From: Azolla caroliniana
Lineage: Eukaryota; Plantae; Polypodiophyta
Direction of reading: 5' to 3'
Assembly (NCBI GenBank): GCA_043228905.1
Contig: JBHGNT010000005.1
Coordinates: 18,848,001-18,912,000 of the forward strand
Length of the DNA stretch: 64,000 bases
Both the position numbers and the translations under genes were made by a program. The stretch's first letter is position 1, and the number at the start of each line of letters is the position of its first letter. Shown here piece by piece: positions 1 to 12,314 of the stretch. The notes below the pieces were generated by a model. That model ran no database searches. It saw only the letters and a list, made by a program, of their open reading frames with translations, and was not told where the DNA came from.

Positions 1-900
1 TGAGTGCAATATTGGAATGAAGACATATTCCTATTCCAATGCCCTGAGTATGTTTTCTACCTTATCACTTTGCATTGATAGTTGTACCCATAATGGATCA
101 CCAATATGAAACCGCTTGTTGATGCCAAGGGGTAGCGAGTACTCCATCCATAAGTGGAAGAGGGTCATTGTCCACGTGGATGCCATCTCCCCTACAATGC
201 ACAACGAACATAGTTCTACCTCAGTAAAAAAGACGGCTAGATCTAGTCTTCGGCAAGCCACCTGAAACCTGTTTATTAGGCCAGATTAGCAAGTATGAAA
301 AAACATGGAGTTAACTCTTGATCTCATGCCCCCACCATAACGACATACCTAGTGAACTTATTTCTTGTTGTGTTATCCCATGTTTTCGTGATTGTCCCGG
401 GACCAACAAAGACAATCCCAATGTCCTCACCCTCAGCTATGTCGGATGATGTAATGTCTTGCAATTTGGCTGGGTCCACTTTTTTCTTGCGAATTTGGAT
501 TTTCGGCCTCCTTGGTTGTCGGATTATCGATTTTGATAGTTGTTCCTAACCACCATCGGCCACTACATTTCCCACATCGTTTGGCATGGGAAACCCATGA
601 TTCTTATTGTGAAATTCATACATAAGATTCAAACATATTCATTCACACTAGATTTACACTCACATAAGATGCACACATAATCATTTACCATACTTACATA
701 AGATTCAGATGCAGTCGAAATCTTCAACTTCAACAAATGGCCCACGTTGTGTATGGGGTTTGTATCCATGTTCGAGTCATTCATAGGCTTTTCAGTAATG
801 ATGTTTTCACTATCCATATCGTTGGATTTGGGGCACCTAGCACCCTTTCTTACAAAAACCCTAAACCATCATTCAAGTTAGCACACAAACACCACTATGT
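1..900 (-). pseudogene. Degraded Ulp1/C48 peptidase-like transposon gene remnant (copy A, runs off window edge)
   Basis: ORF 31..261 (LWMEYSLP..RFHIGDPLWVQL) aligns by eye with copies at 17.2 kb and 24.0 kb that carry the FIPTLHSSHWVL motif typical of Ulp1-like proteases in plant DNA transposons. The right boundary is approximate. Confidence 0.5.
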
Positions 901-1496
901 ATACACAATATATAGTTGAGAAATGATTCAGGCCATACCTCCCTTCATAGGGTATTGTTTCACCCCAATCCGCATCAAAGTCTATAAAGGTCTTGGACTG
1001 ACTAGCCATCTATACAAACCACGTGCCATTTCAATAACCACTAATATGTCCATTGCATTAAAGTTCGAATATGGAACCATGTGATCAAATGTAAATGAAA
1101 AGAAACCCTAGAAACGATTTAAAAAATAAAAATAACCATGAAAATACATACCTATTATCGCCTTTGTTTTGCGGATCGAATGTAGGTGGTTGGGAAGTGC
1201 TCATTGGTAGAAAGTGGTGCTCCTCTTGGATTTTGGCAGAAAGTGGTGCACCTCTCTGATTTTGGTGGAAAGTGGTGCTCCTCTCTGATTTTCCCTCCAA
1301 ATACCTTAAAACTCTCTTTTCAAAACAGTTTCAAAATGAGTGATTCAGGGTTTTTATAGTCAGTGCTCATTAATAATGACCGGGGTTCCTAGCCCGACTC
1401 TTGATTAATGAGCGTGGCTCCTTTTGAAAGAGTCGGGCTCCTAGTTACAAAGGTTGTCAAACATCGGGGCTCCTAGTCAGGCTCCCTAGTAAGTGA

Positions 1497-1780
1497 CGAT
1501 TTCTTCGCGCGTTTTTTTTATCCACATCGGATGGTGCAAATCGCACATGCCCTCGATTGAGTGACCTACATCGTCCCTCTCCGCGATTCCCTCACTTGCC
1601 CTCTTCAGTTTTTGGAGGTATTTAGACACGTCGGTACGTGCGACGTGTCTATTATGACACAAATCATTAATAGGGTTGGGGAGGGAATCACGGCCCCTGG
1701 ACGGTGCAGGTCGCTCGAAGCATGACGCGTGCAATCTACACCGTCCGATTTGGATAATAAAAAAACGCGCGACGAAAAAT
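1497..1780. repeat. ~285-bp imperfect hairpin
   Basis: TTCTTCGCGCGTTTTTTTTATCCACATCGGATGGTGCA pairs with TACACCGTCCGATTTGGATAATAAAAAAACGCGCGACGAA; centre TAGACACGTCG..CGACGTGTCTA near 1636. Confidence 0.75.
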
Positions 1781-1789
1781 GTTGTAAGA

Positions 1790-2080
1790 GGTCACCCAAC
1801 CCTATCAGAGGTTGCCCAAAATTACCTATTGTGGTCACCCAACCTACATATTTTGGTTTCCCAACCTACCTATTGTGGTTGCCCAACCTCTATAATATAT
1901 GTGGTTGCCCAACTTGTCATTTCAGTTTGGTCACCCAACCGACTTTAAATGTGGTTGCCCAACCTATCATTTAAGTTTGCTCACCCAACCGAGTTTCAAT
2001 GTGGTTGCCCAACCAAGTTTTAATGTGGACATGTGGTTGCCCAACCAAGTTTTAATGTGGCCATGTGGTCGCCCAACCTT
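1790..2080. repeat. Irregular minisatellite of GTGGTTGCCCAACC-type units
   Basis: About a dozen GGT(T/C)(G/A)CCCAACC cores with variable spacers. Confidence 0.85.
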
Positions 2081-3777
2081 TGAATCGATGACTATAAAAC
2101 CCTAAAACCTGTCATTATCTCTCAATTTTCCAAACAAGATTGATAGTTTTTTTTGCCGACAAAACGATTTTTCTTCAGGCGACTTGCAATCGACATTCCC
2201 AGCTATCACTTCTACAATCGATGCCCTACTACTTCCCAAGTGTGTATTTGTGTTTGTCTCTACATTTTCTGATTTTGTTTTTTATGTGATTGGCTTTTTC
2301 ATGTTGAGGGATTAGGGTTTGAGAGAAGGTTTTGGTTGATATTATGATTTTAATGTGATATTATGGCTTGATATTAGAATGATATGGAGAAGGTTTAGGG
2401 TTTAGCACAATACTATGATTGTAGAAACTGTAGGGTTTGGTTGATACAATGAATCGGTTTACTCTCAAAAACTGTTTACAAATTGTTTAGAACATGTTGA
2501 TTGATATGTGATCTTAGAATGTAAATGGTTTACAGTTGGAGTGTGTTGATATTAGCTTGATATTGAATTTAATTAGCTTGATATTAATTGTTAATGATAT
2601 TATGATATTAGCTTGATATTGATTATTAATGGTTTAGGGTTGAGATTATGATTTAATGCTTGATATTAGAATGTGGCCCAAGTTTAGAACAAGTTTAGCT
2701 CATTGATCATTGAATAGACTTGCAAAAATTGATTGATTATTAATGGTTTACGGTTTAATCCTTTGCTTGATTAAAGTTAATATTGTGTGTGTTTGAGTAT
2801 TAAATTCAAAAATGTTTGATTACTTATGTTTTCTTTTCCTTGTATGGTGGTAGATGGCTGTCAGGTCCAAGTACAATGACTGGCGGGATTCCAATAACGG
2901 TGAGATATATCCAACTAAAGAGAGGTACGTCACGAACCAATCTCCCCTAATAGTGGTAATGATGTATGATGCATGCATGCTGACTGATGATTTGTTAAAG
3001 GGTTTTCGTTAGAAGACATTGGAGAAGTTGTGCAACTGACATATCTAAGGGTGGGGAGAGCATGGATCAGGCACTGGTGGTTCATCTGCCTCGGATCGAG
3101 CCGATACAGGCCATGGCAACATTTGACGAAGATGCTTCTCCTGCAGGTATGTGGATTTACTCTCGTTGTATTATGTCAATCTTTATGTAACACATACAAA
3201 AACAACAAATGCTCCTAGCCTTAGCTCGTTGTATAAGGTTGGAAGAGATGCCAATGAGAACAAGGCCCGTGTTTATATCGTGGTTGAGTATTGCCGCCTC
3301 TCGCCAAGGTGGTATCGCAAAATATGTGACATGGAAACACATTTACGCAAGGCACATGGAATTGACATAGTCCTACCACAAGGGATGTAGATAGAGGAGG
3401 ATGGTACTCCGGGGGCAAGCTTTAATAACTATGAGCGTCAGAGATCACTTAGAAGATTCATGGATCCTGAAATCAAGTACCATAGAAATCGGCAGTCACA
3501 CATCCAAAAGTTGAAGGTTAGGGTTGTTTCGAGGTACAACTCTATTCCGGTGGAATTCCGACATGACACGTAGGCAGAGTTCGTGGCGCAATTTATGGAC
3601 TACGAGATGACCATCTACTACTCCAAAAAGGATGAGCGGTTGGAAATGTTGAAGAAGAAGATTGCATCTGGTTTGGATTCTTATGTAAGTATGAGTAAGG
3701 ATTTCATTCTTCATATGTGTTGGAGGGTTTATTGGCAAATTTTAGATAATAACACGCGTCTTATTGTGGTGAAATAG

Positions 3778-4167
3778 TGTAAGAAGGCGGGGATATCCAC
3801 CGAAGAGGGTGGTGTGTCCACTGATGTGGGTGAGGCTCTAAACCCATCTGAGGGTGGTGTGTCCACTCCACCAAGACAGAGACAGCCAAAGATGCATGAG
3901 AGAGAGAGTTGTAACCTGTTGTAATCGTCATCTGATGAAGAGGAGCTCAAGGTTGTTGCCTTAGAGTCTCTTGTGTATATTTCCCTCACTATAGTGATAT
4001 AGTTCGAAGTTTGTGGATTACCATGGTTTTTCCCTTTTCAGGTTTTCCACGTAAAATACTTGGGCCTCTATACTTTTGTTTTTTGTTTGTTGTGATTTTT
4101 GTTGGTTCAATCTTTGCACCCGCATACGCTTTAGTGAGAACCGGTTGTGGCCAATAGGATCCTCACA
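3778..4167 (+). mobile_element. Degraded or partial LTR related to the LTRs at 32447 and 42706
   Basis: Shares TGTTGTAA..CG, ATAGTGATA and CATGGTTTTTCCC...GGTTTTCCACGT motifs and ends GGATCCTCACA. Confidence 0.45.
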
Positions 4168-4622
4168 TATATATCTATACACCTTTGCATCAATAAGACA
4201 ATGTTATACATTTTTTTCTACCTTTGTATCAAAAGAGGACCTTCACAAGAACGATGGATTAAACATGGAAGATCAGCAAGTTATGGAGATTTAAAGATGA
4301 AGAAGATATAGAAGAAGAAGAAGGAGACGGGGAAGAAGAAGAACACAATATATCATTTGATCTTTCATTCATCAAGAATGTATGAGATTATGTTTCTTTC
4401 TTTTTTTCTCTATTTTACCTAATTTATATTTTTTCTTTCAGTCTTTGTTCATAAGAAAAGATTGTTGCAAACATGTTGGATGCTAAGAGGTCTAATAATA
4501 AGGACAATATGAACGGATCAAGTATTAACGGAGGAAGGAACTTGAAGGGATATAAAGTTAGAGGTGTTTTCCAAAAGTAGAAAAAGCAAGAAAAAAGATA
4601 AAGAATGTATGAGATTATGACA

Positions 4623-5333
4623 CCTCACAACATAAAATGTCTTATATTAAAAACAATCGGTGCAAGAAGCCACAAATGACAAAGCTCATAATGAAGCAAA
4701 AGATATAGAATCATCCAACTTAGAAAGCTCATATTAGAGAATAGGTTACGAGAAGCCATACACAACATATTGATAACGATGAAGTTGTAAATGACATGAT
4801 GAGGAGCTTTTCAATTAACGAAGACCATATTGATGATACCGATGGAAGAACCATCAAGTGTACGAAGCTCATTCTGAAAGCAACTGAAGCCTCATGACAT
4901 GAAATGTCTTATATTTAAAACAATCGGTGCAAGAAACCATAAACGACAAAGCTCATAATGAAGCAAAAGATATAGAACCATCCAACTTAGAAAGCTCATA
5001 TCAGAGAATAGGTTACAAGATGCCATACACAATATATTGATAAAGATGAGGCTGTAAATCACATGATGAGGAGCTTTTCAATTAACGAAGACCATGTTGA
5101 TGATATTGATGGAAGAACAATCAAGCATACAAAGCTCATTCTGAAAGCAATTGAAGCCTCACTACATGAAATGTCTTATATTAAAAACAATCGGTGCAAG
5201 AAGCCACAAATAACAAAGCTCATAATGAAGCAAAAGATATAGAACCATCCAACTTAGAAAGCTCATATCAGAGAATAGGTTACAAGATGCCATACACAAT
5301 ATATTGATAAAGATGAAGTTGTAAATCACATGA
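4623..5333. repeat. 267-bp tandem repeat, ~2.7 copies
   Basis: Unit CCTCA..ACAT.AAATGTCTTATAT restarts at 4623, 4890 and 5157. Confidence 0.9.
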
Positions 5334-5945
5334 TCATACACGTATCTTGGATCGTCTGTGTTCGCAGTTTTCTCACCAAGCCTAATTATTATTAGGTAGC
5401 AAATAGAAACGTTGTGGCTCCCTACCAAATGATAAAGAGGCATAGTGAGGGAATCGCGAGGCCAAGGGCACGTGTGATCTCCACCGTCCGATCTGTATAG
5501 AAAATAAGTGCGCCATAAAAAAATGACAACCTCTATCACTGGGAGCCCGACTCTCACAACCTTTGCACCAGGAACTTGACTCTATGTTAGCTTTTATCAC
5601 TAGGAGCCTAACCGGCTCAGTACAAGAGCCCGACCGACTCAGGGCAGGAGCTTGACTCAAATTCAAACATCAAAAACTTCAAAACAAATTGGGCGTAAAA
5701 CAAAAATTTCCCATCAAAATCTTGCACCAAAATTCCTAAAAAAATAAAAAACATCCAATTACACAAAACTTAAAACTTCAAATTACACTTACATTAAAGC
5801 TTAAAACTTCAAATTACACAAATCTCCAACCACAACATGTTTCTAACATCACAAGCTATGTAATTTTGATTCCGGAGACCAAAAATGCCCAAATTCCAAG
5901 TCAAAAAACCTGAAGATGAAATCAGAATACATATGTACGCAAAGA

Positions 5946-6345
5946 TTATGGCTCGCGTGGGGATGATTCCAAAATGCAACCACAATTTTTGCAACACTCA
6001 ACATTTAAGTCCCTTGAAGTCAAGTTCAAGCCATTGCAATGCAAACATCGAACCTTCTTAGTCTCAACCCGACTTGCACCTCTCTGTAGTTTTTTGGTGT
6101 GGGATTTGGAAGTGTTTGGGGAATTGCCAATAAGTTCTTGCAATATGTCGATTGTCGCTCCTCTATTCACACCAATTTGAGCCTTCTCCATTGGTTTGTT
6201 TCAGTGCACGTAAACCATATGTCTTTTGTAGTAGATCTACCATTTGTTGTAGATCATCCTCAACATATGATCGTTCAAGGGATCTTAACCCTTGCTCGAG
6301 CCATTGAATAGCTTCCTTGGTTGTTTGTATTTGAGATGATTCCAT
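5946..6345 (-). pseudogene. Frameshifted coding remnant ending in a C4 zinc ribbon
   Basis: Two overlapping ORFs; the C-terminal CLHC-x13-CKNCG resembles a TFIIB-type zinc ribbon. Probably transposon-borne. Confidence 0.3.
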
Positions 6346-8139
6346 GTCAAATTTAGTAGGGTTTGTTTGTACGTCTGGTTCTACTTCTGTTTCTCTGATA
6401 TCTCACATTTGCATTTGGGCCGCATGATCTATAAATGGTAATGACCCACATATGGTTGACATATGTGTCTCAATGATCATCTGAATTCTGAGTAAATGCT
6501 TACATTTACTTGCAAGGTCTGGGCAATCACATATGAGCATTGGAGCAAGACATTATACCATAGAGTGGGAGTCATCATGCTCAATATTTGGAACCAATAT
6601 CGAGCCTCATCTACAATATCAGTCACATATTTCTCGAGTATCCTCTCGACCTCTTTAAGTCTTGACCTTTGATCCCTACAATTTGTACGGTGCGCAAATG
6701 TACCACTCTCACATATTTCTTGTTATTACATGTACCATTGTATGGCGGTCCCTCCGATGCAAGAGCTAGTTTTATTATTCCCGATTAAGACATGCACAGA
6801 TCGATAATAGATTGGTTTATTCTTCCTCTCAAGGCAGTATACTTGATAAATTGCCAATGTCTCTCCACAATATTGGTATCATCAACATGTTTGTAGTTTA
6901 ATAATCTACCAAACTTGGGCCATAATTTCCTCCACAGACATGTCAAGCCACACCATCCTCCTTCTATATATTTCTAAACATCAAGTTTGTCTACATATTC
7001 TAACTTTAATTCCTCACACATCACATTGAACACAGATTCCGTAATGCAATGCATGAATTGACACATTTGTTGATAGAGATGGTTTCTCTCAGCAACACTT
7101 ACTTTGGGCAACAAGTTATCTACCCATGATTTTTTGTGTGAAACAGACACAACAAAGTCGGCATTACGTTTGCGACCATTGCCCTTGATCTTAGATGTGG
7201 TTTTGAATTTTTCTAATATGGCTTGTTAACTTTTTTGTGAGTATGCACCTCATTGTTGGCCAGTTTCAAACTTTTATCCACATAGGCTTTTGAGAGGGAT
7301 ATGTGAGATTATGCATATTACACAATTTTTTACAAAGATCCTATACATGCTATATGCATAATTTTAGGCATGGAGTTTCCAAGTTAGGATCTTGGTCTCT
7401 TTATTGTCGATATTGTGGTGGTTTCACCTCACATTTCTTGAGTTGAAACATTTGATACATGTCTATTTACGAAAGAGTCTTAGTGAGGGAACTGTGGTCA
7501 CAAACGATGCATTTTTCTAATCTTGTGAAATATGCATTGTCATATCATTATCCAAAAACATTGTGCACCTGTAACTAACATGGTAGTGACCAGGCTTTGT
7601 CATGTCTAACCAAGGAACTTGGAAATAACCTATAACCTGACCAATGGATTGGCTAACTTGGCTCAATCCTTTTTACGATATTACTAATCTGACAAGTTGT
7701 AGTAACCTAATAGAGATCATTATGAACTTGGCATGTGTCATTACTAACTAAACAAGTCCCAATAACCCAGTGGAGATCATTACTAACCTGGTCAATCGTA
7801 GTAATCCGATCATTCTCTAACTAACTTGATACCATGGAACTAGCCAAGTGTCGTGGTGCATCTAACTCGGCTCCAAATGCAACACGACGAAAACCCTGAA
7901 GGCATGACATTTTGGCTATTTTTTTAATCGATTGTCTACTACAAGGGTTTAGGAGGGAAGAAAACAGAACGGCTCAACCATATGTACATGCCAACCACCG
8001 ATACCTGATCTACTTTGTATATTGTATTTTTCTTATTTGTCTAGAGCATACGCTTTTGTCGGTTCTAATGATTCATGATTAATGTTTCGGGTTTTACGTT
8101 GGGTGAAATGTTGGGTTTTGTTTCAAGGAGTTGTGCATG

Positions 8140-8390
8140 GGTGAAATTGAAATCTGGTATTGATGTGCATGCATTCAAATAGTTGAAATCTGGCGTTGAT
8201 GTGCATACATTCAGGTAGTTGAAATATGGTATTGATGTGCATGCATTCATAATGTTGAAATATGGTATGGATGTGCATACATTCAGATAGTTGAAATATG
8301 GAATTGATGTGCATGCATTTAAATAGTTGAAATATGGTATTGATGTGCATGCATTTAGATAGTTGAAATATAGTACTAATGTGCATGCAA
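8140..8390. repeat. 36-bp minisatellite, ~7 copies
   Basis: Repeated GTTGAAATATGGTATTGATGTGCATGCATTCAAATA-like unit. Confidence 0.9.
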
Positions 8391-8410
8391 GGATTAATGA
8401 TGAGGATCAC

Positions 8411-8754
8411 GAGAGAGAGAGAGAGCAGAACACAATTTCAAAATTATATCAAGACTCTGTACACACACTGTGCTAAGTAGCACTATTTATACAAGTCCTC
8501 TTGGGACTGACAGAAGTACCATGTACTTCAATGCTCACACGAGCATCTGACACTTACTACGAGACTATAGCTACCTAGTAGTCTATCCTATACTAGGCTT
8601 CCGATTGGACTTCCGGTTACAGATTGCACCCGGCCTCCACTGCTTGCCGGTTCGGTTGCTCACCGTCATACCGATCCGTTTTGCCCGATCCGTCTCGCTT
8701 ACCGGCTCCGGCTTATTCAGTCGATCCGGCTCCGGTTGAGCTTGCCGCTCAACA
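8411..8754 (-). repeat. 3' LTR of copia, truncated within its (GA)n tract
   Basis: Matches ~13850-14193; preceded in element sense by PPT CTTGAGGGGGAG (8755-8766). Confidence 0.92.
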
Positions 8755-9486
8755 CTCCCCCTCAAGCTCAACCTGAGGTGGGGTCGTAGTGTCAACCTCT
8801 GTGGCAGCCGGTTCTTCCAACCGACTTCTCCTGGCGTCACTCCGCCTTGCTCGCGCTCCTCGTCCGGTCTGGTCCCGTTTGCCGCGACCCCTTTGGTTCT
8901 GCGCGCCTCGACCCTCTCGGTCGGCATGTCTGCTCAATAGGCCCATCTCAGCACTCACGTTGTTGTGACTCCGACGCTTGCCGATCCGTTGGTTCTCCCA
9001 CGATGGCATCGACTTCCGCTGTGTCCGTGTCCCCATGGCCTTCAGTCGATCCGACTCATCCGAATCCATCTGTTGATCCGAGTCAGTTGTCTCCGACTCG
9101 TTCCAGCTCTTGTCCGAATCAGTACACTCCGATTCGACTTCCGGCTTCAGGCCTCTCACCACATCAGACCACTTCCGAGTCTTGGCCTTCTCCATGCTTC
9201 CCTCGGCTTCTTCAGCCGGTGAACCGAAATCAAATTCTTCATTCGACTCCGCATCATGGTCAGTACCGTCCTGATGACCTCCGCACAGCATGCACTTCTC
9301 TTCCTGAGTGCACAACTCTTCTTCACAGTCACTTGCTCCGACCTGTTCGGATGTGTCGACTTCCTTCGTCGACTCGACTTCCTTCATCTTCTTGTCTCCT
9401 CTTCTTCCGACTCTCCTCTTGCTTCTCCCCCTCAAGTGCGGCACGTCGAGATGCTGAATACCAAGCATGTCGGTAAAGTGCTGCAA
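8749..9486 (-). CDS. End of RNase H plus ~220-aa in-frame charged C-terminal extension of copia pol
   Basis: Same frame as 9646..12246; reads past the usual ...LRG end of pol up to the PPT. Confidence 0.65.
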   Translation of the reverse strand: MQHFTDMLGIQHLDVPHLRGRSKRRVGRRGDKKMKEVESTKEVDTSEQVGASDCEEELCTQEEKCMLCGGHQDGTDHDAESNEEFDFGSPAEEAEGSMEKAKTRKWSDVVRGLKPEVESECTDSDKSWNESETTDSDQQMDSDESDRLKAMGTRTQRKSMPSWENQRIGKRRSHNNVSAEMGLLSRHADREGRGAQNQRGRGKRDQTGRGARARRSDARRSRLEEPAATEVDTTTPPQVELEGEC

Positions 9487-9645
9487 CTTGTCCGATCCGA
9501 GCGGCTTGGTGAAGATGTCGGCAACTTGCTAATCCGTATGAACATACCGTAGGTCAACTTCACCGCTCAGGACCCGCTCATGCACGAAGTGGTAGTGCAC
9601 CTCGATGTGCTTTGTGCGAGCATGGAACACAGGGTTCCTGGCGAG

Positions 9646-12246
9646 CTACAGGCTGCTCATGTTATCGCAGTAAATCGGGATCAGGGTCAGTACCTCGATC
9701 CGCAAGTCTTGCAGTAGTCGCCGAAGCCAGATGGCTTCACAAGTGGCAACGGTAGCGGCCCGGTACTCAGCCTCAGTGCTTGACAAAGCCACTGTGGGCT
9801 GCTTCTTGCTGCTCCACGCAACGGCCGCGCTACCTATGGAGAACATGTATCCGGAAGTGGAGCGGCGATCAAACGCATCGCCGGCCCAGTCAGCATCTGT
9901 GTAACCGACAAGCTCTTCGGGTATACCTTGCCGGTACATCAGTCCCCGGTCCTTAGTGCCGCTGACATACTGTAATATTCGTTGCGCGCACTGAAGGTGC
10001 TCCACGGTCGGCTTCTGCATGAACTGACTTACCATGCCGACCGGATAGCTGATGTCGGGTCGGGTGATGGTTAAGTATATCAAGCTTCCGACAACCTGTC
10101 GGAACCGTTTCTGATTGCAGGCCGATCCGGAGTTGGGACGGAGCTTCTGGTTCCGGTCCAGGGGTGTGGAGACAGGTCGGTAATTCGTCATGCCGAACTT
10201 ATACAGCATATTCAACACGTAATGTCGTTGTGAGAGCAATATGCCGTTGGGGGTCCGGATCACTTCAATCCCAAGAAAATAATGGAGGTCCCCCAGGTCC
10301 TTCATTTCGAATGCGTCCGACAACTGGGACTTGACGCGGTTGATTTCGGGAAGACCCGGTCCGGTGATGACTAAATCATCCACATACAAGAGTATACATA
10401 CCGGACCGTCAGAGCCTTGCCGGATGAACAACGAAGAGTCCGACTTAGAGACAACAAACCCCAGCTTACGCAACCGGTGCGTGATCTTCGCGTTCCAAGC
10501 TCGGGGGGCTTGCTTCAAGCCATAAAGCGACTTCTTCAGTCGGCATACCGCCGACTTGTTCATCTCCGATTGAAATCCGGGGGGTTGAGTCATAAAGACT
10601 TCTTCTTCAAGCTCTCCTTGAAGGAAGGCGTTCTTCACATCCATCTGGTGAAGATGCCACCCCCTTGCCGCAGCAACCGCCAGTACCACACGAACCGTCG
10701 TCATCTTCGCCACAGGAGCGAAGGTCTCATCGTAGTCGATTCCGTGGGTCTGGGCGTATCCCTTCGCCACTGACCGGGCTTTGTACTGGTTAACAAAACC
10801 GTCGGCGTTGTACTTGACCTTGTACACCCACTTGCATCCGATCGGTTTACAGTGACGGGGAGGATCAACTAGGTCCCAAGTTTCGTTGGCATCGAGTGCC
10901 CGCATTTCTTCGTCCATAGCGGCACGCCAATTTGCGTCCTTTGCCGCTTCTGCGTAGCTCTCCGACTCACGCACTTCTGTCACCTTAGTCATGTACGCAT
11001 AATGATGCGCCATGTAGTCATTGTACCCGTACCGCATGACGGGATCTTTCTGGCGAGTTGATCGGCGCAACGCACCGTCACCTGATTTGAGGCCCGTCTT
11101 GGCCAGTTCGGTCTTCGTTGCCAAAGATCCGCCTTTCTCCTTTCCGGAGTCGGATACGCACCGATCTGACTCTTCGTTGCCGGTTTCGAATTCCGGCATC
11201 TTCCTCTTCCCCTTCTCTTTGCGCGTGAACCGTTTCCTTGGTTCCTTGCGCGGGGAGAGCACGGCAGAGTCTCCACCACTTGCCGTCTCTTCATCTGACT
11301 GGTCCAACCAACTCAGTCGCTTGTTTAGTCCACTCAACCGTAATGATTCCGGACCCTCAGCTTGAGTCCCGGCTTCATCATCCTCTGCCAGGGCTAATTC
11401 AGGCTCACTAGCCTGATCTTCCGGCATTGGGTCGGGATCGGAAGTCAGAGTTGGTACGGAGTACCAGGATGCCGATTCGTCGAACTCGACATCCCGGCTA
11501 ACTCGGACTTCCTTCGTCCGGGGGTTATAGCACTTATACCCCTTTTGCTCTTGAGCATAGCCGACTAGGATGCATTTTTCCGATTTTGCATCCAGCTTTC
11601 TCCGCTTCTGATCCGGCACATGCACATACGCTATGCTGCCGAATATCCGAAGGTGTCTTAAGTTCGGCTTGCGCCCGAAATACAGCTCATGAGCTGACAC
11701 CTTGTCACCGATGCGGTTTTGTATGTAGACGGCCGTCTGGACCGCCTCCGCCCAGTAGAACCGGGGCATGCTCTTTTCCTCCAGCATTGCCCTTTCCGCT
11801 TCGACGAGTGTCCGCTTCTTCCTTTCGGCCACACCGTTTTGCTTCGGTGTGTATCTGCAGCTGAACTCTCGCCGAATTCCCTTCTGCTGCAGATAACTAG
11901 TGAATTGGCCGGAAAAATATTCCTTTTCGCCATCCGACCGAAGGCATTTGATCTTCCTCTCCGATTCCCGTTCCACCATCTTCTGGAGGCTCCGGAAACA
12001 GTCAAAGACTTCGCTCTTTCGCTCAATGAGGTAGATCCAAGTATGTCGAGTATAGTCGTCGATGAAGGAGACGAAGTATCGGCTCCCGCCAAGGCTTACA
12101 CTTTGTGCCGGTCCCCACACATCCGAATGGATGAGATCGAGCTTGTTACGGCTCCGGTTCCGTTTGGTGGGGAATGGAAGCCGGTGTTGCTTCCCAAGTT
12201 GGCAGGCTTCACAAATTTCGGCTCTCCGGCCGCTGAACTTCGGCAA
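9646..12246 (-). CDS. Copia pol: integrase, reverse transcriptase, RNase H (premature stop at 9646)
   Basis: Motifs CEAC, HSDVWGP, QNGVAER, YVDDLVITG, YTDADWAG and STEAEY. Confidence 0.95.
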   Translation of the reverse strand: MPKFSGRRAEICEACQLGKQHRLPFPTKRNRSRNKLDLIHSDVWGPAQSVSLGGSRYFVSFIDDYTRHTWIYLIERKSEVFDCFRSLQKMVERESERKIKCLRSDGEKEYFSGQFTSYLQQKGIRREFSCRYTPKQNGVAERKKRTLVEAERAMLEEKSMPRFYWAEAVQTAVYIQNRIGDKVSAHELYFGRKPNLRHLRIFGSIAYVHVPDQKRRKLDAKSEKCILVGYAQEQKGYKCYNPRTKEVRVSRDVEFDESASWYSVPTLTSDPDPMPEDQASEPELALAEDDEAGTQAEGPESLRLSGLNKRLSWLDQSDEETASGGDSAVLSPRKEPRKRFTRKEKGKRKMPEFETGNEESDRCVSDSGKEKGGSLATKTELAKTGLKSGDGALRRSTRQKDPVMRYGYNDYMAHHYAYMTKVTEVRESESYAEAAKDANWRAAMDEEMRALDANETWDLVDPPRHCKPIGCKWVYKVKYNADGFVNQYKARSVAKGYAQTHGIDYDETFAPVAKMTTVRVVLAVAAARGWHLHQMDVKNAFLQGELEEEVFMTQPPGFQSEMNKSAVCRLKKSLYGLKQAPRAWNAKITHRLRKLGFVVSKSDSSLFIRQGSDGPVCILLYVDDLVITGPGLPEINRVKSQLSDAFEMKDLGDLHYFLGIEVIRTPNGILLSQRHYVLNMLYKFGMTNYRPVSTPLDRNQKLRPNSGSACNQKRFRQVVGSLIYLTITRPDISYPVGMVSQFMQKPTVEHLQCAQRILQYVSGTKDRGLMYRQGIPEELVGYTDADWAGDAFDRRSTSGYMFSIGSAAVAWSSKKQPTVALSSTEAEYRAATVATCEAIWLRRLLQDLRIEVLTLIPIYCDNMSSL

Positions 12247-12314
12247 ACCGAAAATGACTTGTTTCGTTTGCAGGTCTTGAAGCCTCCGGTAGTTGACGTG
12301 GGTATCCGCTTGTG

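Larger units (their letters stand above)
1370..5660. mobile_element. Putative degraded DNA transposon bounded by diverged inverted termini
   Basis: 5440-5660 resembles the reverse complement of ~1380-1600 (GGGCTCCTAG/CTAGGAGCC units, GAGGGAATCGCG, CACCGTCCGAT). No clear TSD or transposase. Confidence 0.35.

Noticed and set aside
1790-2080. CRISPR-like array
   Set aside because: Spacers are short, irregular and similar to each other; eukaryotic context with no cas genes.
8749-9486. env-like gene
   Set aside because: Hydrophilic, no signal peptide or transmembrane segment, and in frame with pol.
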